Origin: Candidatus Kapaibacterium sp.
GTDB lineage: Bacteria; Bacteroidota; Ignavibacteria; Kapaibacteriales; UBA2268
DNA: 64,000 nucleotides
Direction of reading: 5' to 3'
Assembly (NCBI GenBank): GCA_963664875.1
Contig: OY761611.1
Span: 1,440,001 to 1,504,000 of the forward strand
The number at the start of each line of letters is the position of its first letter. The stretch's first letter is position 1. Shown piece by piece: positions 39,458 to 48,300 of this stretch. Position numbers and translations under genes: made by a program. The notes under the pieces were generated by a model that made no database searches, was not told where the DNA came from, and was given only the letters and a program-made list of their open reading frames with translations.

Positions 39458-40765
39458 ATGCGTGTTGCAGTCGTAGGTGGCGGTATTTCAGGGATTTCCG
39501 CTGCTTTTAATGCCACTTTGAGGGGGCATCAGATTTTTCTTTTTGAAGCAAGTAATTCTCTTGGCGGCAAAGCAAAATCTATATTTGATTCTGTTTCAGG
39601 AGAATATATTGACAATGGACAACATGCACTGATGGGAGCCTACAGCAGCTTTTTAGTGATATGCAGAGCTCTTGGAACATCAAAATATATTTATGAGCCC
39701 CAAAAGCTATCTATTGCTTTTGCCTCGCCATATTCGTCACTAGATACTTTAGAGCAAAAGCTTTTTCCGGGCAAATATGGTACTCTGATTGGTCTGTTGT
39801 TTTTCAAAAAGTTAGATTATACCTCCAAAAAAGCAATTATCAAACTTTTTGCCAAGCTAATGTTTTCCTCCCCGGAAGTAAATATAAGCTGCTATGACTA
39901 TTTAAAATCCGAAAAACAAACCGATAATGCTGTCAAAGTCTTTTGGGAGCCTCTTGTATTGGCAGTTTTAAACTCACAAATCACGGATGCACCTGCTTCC
40001 CTACTTATAAATGTGATAAAAAAAGCTTTTTTAGGAAGTAGTTTCGAATCAAAATTACTACTCCCAAACACACATATTAGCAAACTATTTGAACCCTTAC
40101 CCCAATTTTTAGAAAATAATGGCGGTTGTCTCAAACTATCAGAATCAGTAAAATCTATTTCTAAGGACTCTAATTTCTTTCAAATATCTACAAATAAATC
40201 TAACTATGAATTTGATAAAGTAATAATCTCATTGCCGTTTCGCAGATTGCAGAATATATTATTAATAAAATCAACTTTATTAGACTCTATTGTTAATATT
40301 TCAAGCAAGATTGAGTATTCTCCTATCATTTCGATTTATTTGTGGTACGACAATTATGTCGAATTACCAGAGATGACAGCATTAATTGATACCAAGACTC
40401 AATGGCTCTTCAATAGAAATAAGTTTTTGCATGAGATGACTTCAAACTATCCCCTAAGCCTCACATGTACTATTTCTGCAGCAACAGAAATTGAACATTT
40501 GACAAATTCTGAAATTGCTTTGTTAGCTGACAAGGAATTGAAAGAATGCTTTTCTACGTTGAGAAACACGAATTTGCAATATTCAAAAGTAATAAGAGAG
40601 AGAAATGCAACTCCTCTATTCAACACAGAAAATTGCTCATTACGCCTCGAAAACAAAACAGATATAGATGGCCTTCTAATTTCAGGAGATTGGACAGACA
40701 CAGGGCTGCCTGCTACAATCGAAAGTGCAGCTCTGAGTGGCAAACTAGCAGCAGATTTGCTTTAG
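39458..40765 (+). CDS. HpnE-like FAD-dependent oxidoreductase (hydroxysqualene dehydroxylase family)
   Basis: MRVAVVGGGISG, IDNGQHALMGAY, FWEPLVLAVLN, GDWTDTGLPATIESAALSG; start trimmed to ATG 39458. Confidence 0.8.
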   Translation: MRVAVVGGGISGISAAFNATLRGHQIFLFEASNSLGGKAKSIFDSVSGEYIDNGQHALMGAYSSFLVICRALGTSKYIYEPQKLSIAFASPYSSLDTLEQKLFPGKYGTLIGLLFFKKLDYTSKKAIIKLFAKLMFSSPEVNISCYDYLKSEKQTDNAVKVFWEPLVLAVLNSQITDAPASLLINVIKKAFLGSSFESKLLLPNTHISKLFEPLPQFLENNGGCLKLSESVKSISKDSNFFQISTNKSNYEFDKVIISLPFRRLQNILLIKSTLLDSIVNISSKIEYSPIISIYLWYDNYVELPEMTALIDTKTQWLFNRNKFLHEMTSNYPLSLTCTISAATEIEHLTNSEIALLADKELKECFSTLRNTNLQYSKVIRERNATPLFNTENCSLRLENKTDIDGLLISGDWTDTGLPATIESAALSGKLAADLL

Positions 40766-40767
40766 TC

Positions 40768-41826
40768 TCATCTACCAAGTTTTAATATCTCAACTGCGTT
40801 TTGGAAAACATACTCAGGAGTCAATTTATTCATGCAGTCAAAATGCTTTAGTGGACAGCTTTTACCACCATGAATAGCACAAGGTCTGCATTTTAAATCT
40901 GATATTGCAAGGCAGCGATCATTTTTACCTATAGGTGCAAAACCGAATTCCGGTACAGTTGGGCCATACAAAGTAATAGTAGGACAAGCAACAAGTCCAG
41001 CGAAATGAGTAGGGGCGCTATCGTTAGTTATTAAAAGTTTAGCTTTTGAAAGTAAATATATTGATTGTGGAATTGATGTCTTCCCACACAAATTCAAGGC
41101 ACCTGATTGTTTTGCTAATAAGTAGGCATCTTCTTCTTCAGCTTTTGAGCCAATCACAACTATTTGTTCGCCTTTTTCTTTCAACATTGAAGATAATTTA
41201 GCGAAATGTTCTATTTTCCATTTCTTAGTCGCCCAGACAGACCCCGGAGCTAAGACAACAAAACTTTGTTTTGAGTCGATATTATTTTCTTTAAGCAGAG
41301 AATCTACCAAATCAACATCTTTCTTAGCAAAATTAACATCAACACTATTATAGTCTATTTTGACACTATCAAAGGCGGCTAACAAAGAAATATTTCTTTC
41401 TATTTCATGTTCCTTTAGCTCGTAGTATATCTTGTTTGAATAGAGAAATGAAAATGCGTTCTTATCAAAACCAACCGAGTATTTTGCTCCTGTGAGTTTT
41501 GCCAGTAAGGTAGTTCTAAAAGAACGATGTGGTGCAATTACAAGATCAACATTTGCAGATTTTAGGTTTTGAGCAAGCAGTATGATACCCTTCATACCTT
41601 TGTGTTTAATGCGTTTGTCATATACAACAATGTTGTCAATTGCTGAAGCTAACGAAGCAGTTTCTGAAGAAACAGGTGTACAAACAACTGATATTTTTGC
41701 TTTTGGTGCATTGTTTCTTATTATTTGCAATAAGGGAAGAACAAGTACAAAATCTCCTAAAAAAGCTGTCTGTATTACTGCAATTGATTTAAAATTTTGA
41801 AGTGCTATTTTTTGCAAATTACTCAT
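40768..41826 (-). CDS. Glycosyltransferase family 9 (LPS heptosyltransferase II-like)
   Basis: QTAFLGD, APGSVWATKKW, ITNDSAPTH, YGPT, CRPC...C...HFDCM. Confidence 0.92.
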   Translation of the reverse strand: MSNLQKIALQNFKSIAVIQTAFLGDFVLVLPLLQIIRNNAPKAKISVVCTPVSSETASLASAIDNIVVYDKRIKHKGMKGIILLAQNLKSANVDLVIAPHRSFRTTLLAKLTGAKYSVGFDKNAFSFLYSNKIYYELKEHEIERNISLLAAFDSVKIDYNSVDVNFAKKDVDLVDSLLKENNIDSKQSFVVLAPGSVWATKKWKIEHFAKLSSMLKEKGEQIVVIGSKAEEEDAYLLAKQSGALNLCGKTSIPQSIYLLSKAKLLITNDSAPTHFAGLVACPTITLYGPTVPEFGFAPIGKNDRCLAISDLKCRPCAIHGGKSCPLKHFDCMNKLTPEYVFQNAVEILKLGR

Positions 41827-42709
41827 TCGGCGTATGTTTCCATCTTTTATGTTGCCAAGCCCATAATCCGGGTACCAATCTTATCTGATTTTCTAATTCT
41901 TTTACATGCCTTTCGGTCAAGATGCTAACTGCATCTTCCCTATCTTTAATATCATCAAAAGGAATTTCTCGTAACCGAACTGTGTAAGTGCCGTCTTTTT
42001 GCCTAACTGCAAAACCCATAACAATCGGAGCATTAAGTCTTAGAGCCATAGCAGCAGGAGATTCGTAAGTCGCAGCAGGTCTGCCAAAGAAATCTACAAA
42101 TAAATCTTTGTCTTTTGTAGCACTTTGGTCTGCCAGTAAAGCTATCATGTTGCCTTTTCTTAATTCTGACACAATTGTCCTGGCAGCATTATACATCGAA
42201 ACTACTTTGTTATTATGACTTGTTCGGTACGAATTCAAAATCTCATCGGCAGTTTTATTTCTTTGAGGTTTGACAATTATCGTAACAGGAACTCCGGTGA
42301 AATATCCTGCTGTATATGCCAAAAGCTCCCAATTGCCATAGTGTCCCGATAACAGTATGACACCATTTCCGGATTTTTGCTTTTCAGCAATCAAATCTAT
42401 ATTCTCATAGACAATTTTTCTTTTTAGCTCATCTGCACTCATGCTTGGTATCGCCATCAGTTCAAACATGGTAATCCCAAGATTGCGGTACGAGTCATAA
42501 GCTATACTTTCAAGCTCTCTTTTAGTCTTGTCAGGGAAAGCATGTTTGATGTTGTCATAAGTTATGTTATATCTTTTTTTACTTAGCAATCTCAAACACA
42601 AGCCTATAAGGCTGCCAATTTTTATACGAACTGAATCAGAAACGTGCTTAGATATAGTACTGAGAGCTAAAAGTACAATATTTACAATATATTCCGTAAT
42701 TTTTTGCAT
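41819..42709 (-). CDS. Lipid A biosynthesis acyltransferase (LpxL/HtrB family)
   Basis: GHYGNWE, LLADQ, FFGRPA, WAWQHKRWK. Confidence 0.93.
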   Translation of the reverse strand: MQKITEYIVNIVLLALSTISKHVSDSVRIKIGSLIGLCLRLLSKKRYNITYDNIKHAFPDKTKRELESIAYDSYRNLGITMFELMAIPSMSADELKRKIVYENIDLIAEKQKSGNGVILLSGHYGNWELLAYTAGYFTGVPVTIIVKPQRNKTADEILNSYRTSHNNKVVSMYNAARTIVSELRKGNMIALLADQSATKDKDLFVDFFGRPAATYESPAAMALRLNAPIVMGFAVRQKDGTYTVRLREIPFDDIKDREDAVSILTERHVKELENQIRLVPGLWAWQHKRWKHTPNE

Positions 42710-44118
42710 TATTTAGATTTTTTTTCACTTTCTAATTCATAAGGGGATTTTGTTTTATCATCAGTCGGTACATACTGATCAAACCAATCAGGATTGTAAG
42801 GCTCTCCTGTTACAGTTGAGTGGACGAGTTGATAATCGTTATACCCCATTCTTTCGACAAAGTAAAAATACGCTCCACCTTCATAGCGAGTATAATGCCA
42901 CTCTTCCCATGCTCTGTTTTCCATAGAAACTCTGTTAATGTCCTTATCATCAGGGAATCCGTATTTTATAAGCACTCTTCCCCTATCAGTATTCCATCCG
43001 TCATCTTCATTTTTTGTGGAAAAGTGTCTGTTTGCATATTTGATTCTTCTGTTAAAATCAACAAGAGTCTCGTTCAATCTTGTAGTTGTGTCGATGTCTC
43101 TCATTTGCCAAAATCTATAGAGAGCTCTCTGTTTACCTTTTACATTTGTCAATCTGTCGAAAAGCTGTTTCTCAGTATCGTGAGCCACAATCTTTGCCAT
43201 TTTTACAGCTTCATCTACCTGCATATCCGTCATAGTAGCAAACTCACTTAATTCAAACAGCTCATCTTCAGTAAACACTATCGTAGCATCTAAAGGCATT
43301 TCATAATTATAGATATAAAACTTCTTCTCTTTAGTTTGATGCAAATATTGATCTTTATAAATCTCAACAACTACATAATAAACACCACTTGGAAAACCTG
43401 AAAGCGAAGTCCCAAAATATGTAAAGTAGATATTTTGTTTGTTCTCAACAGTTATATTTTGTAATTCTTTTCTGATAGGCATCTTTGCAGCATCTAATAT
43501 TTTATATTTTATCGAATATTTACTGTCATCGTCCTGATCATAAAGCACTTTGTAGCTATGACAGATATAAATGTCCATCTGATTTGTAGCATAAACAGCT
43601 TCAGGGTTAGGTACAACATAAAACCCATACTTATTAAATATAGATTCTTTTTCGCTTTTTTCGAGAACCCTTGCCAACTGCAAATCGCCTAATTCGATAT
43701 TAGAATCACTATTTATTAAAGTAAATGTTTTTTCTTCTGTCTTGACATTTTTTGAACTGAAGTCTTCATATTCTAAGCGGAGAGTATATGAACCTGCCGG
43801 CAAATCATATCTTTTTTGTCCAATCAAATCTCTCAATGTATTATCAGTTACACTTCTAATATCTCTAACCATGATACTATCTTGCAACATAAATCCATCT
43901 CTTCCGGAAAGCAGTATATTTATACGAAATTCAGCCATATAATTATCACCTTCATAGTGCTGATAAATAAGCTGATCATTACTCATACCATAATATAGTT
44001 CCCACAAAAAACTGCCGTCTGTATTAAAAAAATACGCATGATCGAATTCAATCTTTTGTGCAAATACACTGATATTAGCAAACATCAATATAAAAAGTAA
44101 ATACTTTAGCTTTCTCAT
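42709..44118 (-). CDS. GWxTD domain-containing exported protein
   Basis: FWQMRD...YANRHF...GWNTDRGRVLIKYGFPD...WEEWHY; signal peptide. Confidence 0.9.
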   Translation of the reverse strand: MRKLKYLLFILMFANISVFAQKIEFDHAYFFNTDGSFLWELYYGMSNDQLIYQHYEGDNYMAEFRINILLSGRDGFMLQDSIMVRDIRSVTDNTLRDLIGQKRYDLPAGSYTLRLEYEDFSSKNVKTEEKTFTLINSDSNIELGDLQLARVLEKSEKESIFNKYGFYVVPNPEAVYATNQMDIYICHSYKVLYDQDDDSKYSIKYKILDAAKMPIRKELQNITVENKQNIYFTYFGTSLSGFPSGVYYVVVEIYKDQYLHQTKEKKFYIYNYEMPLDATIVFTEDELFELSEFATMTDMQVDEAVKMAKIVAHDTEKQLFDRLTNVKGKQRALYRFWQMRDIDTTTRLNETLVDFNRRIKYANRHFSTKNEDDGWNTDRGRVLIKYGFPDDKDINRVSMENRAWEEWHYTRYEGGAYFYFVERMGYNDYQLVHSTVTGEPYNPDWFDQYVPTDDKTKSPYELESEKKSK

Positions 44119-44143
44119 AACTACTGCCTTATTTTCATTTTTT

Positions 44144-44182
44144 AAAAAAGCCGTTAGAGATATTATTTACTCTAACGGCTTT
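44144..44182 (-). terminator. Intrinsic terminator after the PorV-family gene
   Basis: aaagccgttagag...ctctaacggcttt with T6 on the minus strand. Confidence 0.85.
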
Positions 44183-44208
44183 ATATTATAATATCATTCT
44201 ATATTATA

Positions 44209-45255
44209 CTAGTTGCCTAATTGCAATGTTACACCAAATCTATGGATTAGCTGATCAATTTCCATAGCAGGAGTCATAGAGTAACCGAAGTCACCTGTCA
44301 TACTGCCAGTGAAATATTTCAAACCAACACCAAAAGCAACGCCATTGTTGTCATGACCGAAGTTATAACCTGCTCTCAAAGCAAGGAATTCTTTCCAAAC
44401 ATATTCACCACCAAAAGCGAACTGTTCAGAAATATCTGAGTGAGTGATAAAGTCAGCAGCCGCTGTTACAGCATGGTCGCCATCTTTAAATACTTCAGAT
44501 GAAATACCTGCACGGAAAATTACAGGAGCTGAATAAGTAGAGCTCAAGTAAGACGCATCAAGTTCTGATTGATACAATTCTTTACCGTAAAGAGGAGCTT
44601 GTGTTCTTAAATCTTGTCCTGTGTATTCCATATCCCCACCGAAGTTGTGGATAGAGAAACCGATTTTTATACCTTGGATACCAGTATCGTACAAAGTTCC
44701 AACGTCAAAAGCAAAACCACCACTAGACAAGTTAGCAATTCTGTTGCTCAAATATTTAGCTGTAACACCAAAGCTAAACTGATCAGTGATTTTACCAGAG
44801 AAGGTCAACTGTGCAGCCATGTCCTGTACTGTATAATGTATATCAGTACCGTCTTGATCTGCTGTTGTTGTATATTCTATATCTCCACTAGATAGAGAGA
44901 TAATAGAACCTGCCAATGAGAATTGGTCACCCATTTTCATAGATGCAGCTGCAAAGCTAATACCATAGTCTGCAAACCAAGTAGTATGCTCAACCTGAGC
45001 AGTCATACCATCTAAATTTACTAAGGCAGCAGGATTCCAAAAAAGACATGACAAATCATTTACTGCTGCTCCATTAGCACCAGCCATACCTGTCGCTCTT
45101 GTGCCTATAGGAATCTTCAAAAACTGTGATCCGGCGGCACCTACTTTACTGATTTTACCTGCTGAAGACGCTTGCCCGGGTAATTCGGCGAAAGCTTCCT
45201 GTTGAGTAAAAACAGATAGAGCGACTAAACAAATTATTGTGAGTATTTTCTTCAT
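44209..45255 (-). CDS. PorV/PorQ-family (UPF0164) outer-membrane beta-barrel
   Basis: FLKIPIGTRATGMAGA, LFWNPAAL, FAFDVG, GGEY...LALRAGY. Confidence 0.88.
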   Translation of the reverse strand: MKKILTIICLVALSVFTQQEAFAELPGQASSAGKISKVGAAGSQFLKIPIGTRATGMAGANGAAVNDLSCLFWNPAALVNLDGMTAQVEHTTWFADYGISFAAASMKMGDQFSLAGSIISLSSGDIEYTTTADQDGTDIHYTVQDMAAQLTFSGKITDQFSFGVTAKYLSNRIANLSSGGFAFDVGTLYDTGIQGIKIGFSIHNFGGDMEYTGQDLRTQAPLYGKELYQSELDASYLSSTYSAPVIFRAGISSEVFKDGDHAVTAAADFITHSDISEQFAFGGEYVWKEFLALRAGYNFGHDNNGVAFGVGLKYFTGSMTGDFGYSMTPAMEIDQLIHRFGVTLQLGN

Positions 45256-45291
45256 TTTTTAATATCCTTGATTTTAATTTCTTTACTTAAC

Positions 45292-45319
45292 GCCGCTGCC
45301 TGCCGAAACAGGCAGCGAC
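45292..45319 (-). other. GC-rich intercistronic hairpin without U-tract (possible mRNA-stabilising/processing element)
   Basis: gccgctgcctg-ccgaaa-caggcagcgac between the cargo and PorV genes. Confidence 0.6.
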
Positions 45320-45332
45320 TTTGAAAAAAATA

Positions 45333-48300
45333 TTAGTCAGTAATAATTCTGTAGCTACCAACAATAACAGAGAAGTTTTTGATAGTCTGAGCACCGTTTG
45401 GAGTAGAAATTACAGCCACTAATGCCTGAGAAGCAACTCTTTGGTTATTGTCAGATAGTAAGTCCCAAATATCTACAGAAACTTTATTAGGATCAGTAGA
45501 AGTTATCTCATTATGTTCAATGCGCTTAATAAGTTCACCGGTAACAGTATAGATATCTATAGTACAAGTTTCCGGAAGTCTTGTGAAATAAAGTTCAGCA
45601 CCGTAAGGAGATTTTTGACCTTGGTGAGAAATGAAGTACGGGTTAGGTACTACCTGAATGTCTTCAAGATCTTCATCTTCAAACTGATTTGGATTTTTAG
45701 GTTCACCACCAACTTTGATTCTTACTTTTGCACCAGGTGCAGGAAGACCTAATGCACCACCTGTAGTTGAAAGAATCAATTTGTCGCCAGGAGCAAAGTT
45801 AGTTTCACCATATTTGAATTCTTCGTAAGGTAACTGATCTTCTTCCCACTGAACAGAAGCAGGAGTGTTAGACGCCTGATTAGCACAGTCAAAGATGAAA
45901 GGTACGCCACTTACATAAAGTACGTTTACAAAGTCAATTGTGTAATCAGCATTTTGAGCTCTTAGTAGATAACCACCTTGGAAACCTGTCCATGCTTCAT
46001 ATTCGCCATCTTCGTTTAAGAACGAAGCTTGGCCATTAACTTCTAACATTCTTCTTGCAAACAATTTAGGTTTGTTGATACTAGATACTCTCTTGTTTCT
46101 AACATTAACCCATGCACTTGCAAAGATATTATATTTATTGTACATAGAATCAGGGTGAACACCCATTGCTACAGTATTTACAGGATATGGATATGCTTTA
46201 GTATATAATACATTCATCAATGTATTTGCATAGTCAGGCTGCCATCCCGGAGATTTACCAATACTTTCTTTTTGACCATAGAAAGAATATCCATCTGCTT
46301 TGAAAGGCAATGCCGGAATATTGATATGTTCCATTGGAGTTTCATAAGAAATCTCAGTAGTCGTACCGTCAGCATTTCTTCTGTCAAATTTAGTTTTATT
46401 TGTTAGCTTAGTTGTAAGATAATCTACAGTAAATTCAAGAGGTACTTTTTCACTACCTTCTTCGATCCATACTTTGATTGTTGTAGTTTTCTTTTCTAAG
46501 AATTCTAATTCATAAGTTGCAGGACCGTTATTGTAGCTCGCATAAATTGGGTTACCAATATTGTTTACCATAGTTGCGTTCATATAACGATTATCTGAAA
46601 TTGCTAAATCTGCACGGACATAGGCATCTTCTTGTCCGATTTTTTGTGTAGTAGCAACATTCACACCGGCATAAGAGAACGGTTTAGCATCTACTTTTCT
46701 GTCAGGATCGTGCAGTGGCAATCTTGCTTCATCTGTGTAACGAGGCATGATTACATCTACTTTTTTGTCACCAACAACGATGATAGTATCCATTCTGTAA
46801 TCGCCACCAAATTGTTTGATGTGATAGTCAAATTTGAATCCTAAAGCTCCGTATGCAGGTTTAACCATACCACTATAAGATTTACCAAAGTAGTAAAGAC
46901 CGGTATAAGGAATGAATCCAGGGTCAATCATTTCGCCTGTCGTCCATGTACCAAATCTCTCAACTGTTTCTCTTGAGTCATGTAAACCAAAAGTGATTGT
47001 ATCAAGACTTGCTGAAATAGAATCGACAATTGGTTTGTCATTTAATACGTATGATAATCCGTTTTCAGTGAAAGCTTCCTGGTAAGCAAAATTTCCTGGA
47101 TCTTTTTCAAATTCTGTTAAACCTTCATAGATTACCTGTCCGGTAGTAACATCAGTCAATACCATTTGACGGTAATATTTACCAAAGTATGTATCATTCA
47201 AGTTACCTGTGAAAGTAACAGAAGTAGAATACCAGAATGGTTTAAATTCTAATTCTAACTCATGACCTGCGAAGAATTGTGATACTCTTTGGTCATCTAA
47301 TGAGAAGAATTTGAAATTATTCAAACTACCTATCTTGTTTGGAGTAAGAACTTCTACATCAAATTTGATATCATCAGTAATCGGAGCCGCTTTAGGTCTT
47401 ACATTTACTTCATTTGGCAAAGCCAAAGACGCATCGTTAGTTTTTGATTCTGTTGGCTGTCTATAGTCACCTTCGTCAAATGACAATATTTTGTAGTAGT
47501 AATCTACGTTGTTATATAGCTGCTCAGTCTGAGTTGGATCTTCTGAATAGTAGAAATAACCATCACCATTGTCACCAAGGTCAATGAAAGTACGGTTATT
47601 TGTAACTTTAGCCATATAGTTAGGTATTAGACCTTCTCTGATATCTGTTTTTTGATAGAAATCTAAATAATAATATATAGTATCTAAAACAGTACTATCT
47701 TGATCGCTGTTAGCTTTCTTAATGATTTTACCTGTTACAGAATCTCTAACTGGTACCCATGCTTCTTCTGATTCTTCAAAGAGAGGGAATTTAACTTTTG
47801 CTTTACCTTCTTGGATATATCTGTAAACCAAATCATTGATGTAGCTTAAGTGTTCTGCATTAGACATAATGTCTTGAGCAGTATTGTGTATTGTAGCATA
47901 GTCGATAACATATTTAGTACTACCTGCTTCTTTAAAGGCTTTTGCAGAGCTATAGTAATAAATAGTATCTACACGATATTTTACTTTTACAACTTTGTCA
48001 TTGGAATCTTTAGTTTCATGGAACTCCCATCTCAACGTATCTTCTTCTGCATTGTTAAAGTTGTCATTTACATACGTAGTAAAGTTGTAATAATCTTCAG
48101 CTGAAATCACAGTCTGCTTTTTGATATAGAACAGTGGATTATAATCCAATAGTGCACTCTGCAATTCTACAGTACCTACTAAAATAGAGTCTAATAAGAA
48201 GTCTTTTTTAGTTGGGTCATATCTATATGCTTTGTCGAGATATTCAGTTCTTTTTTCTAAAAGTCTTCTGCGATATGCTTCAACAGAATCTTCTGTAAGA

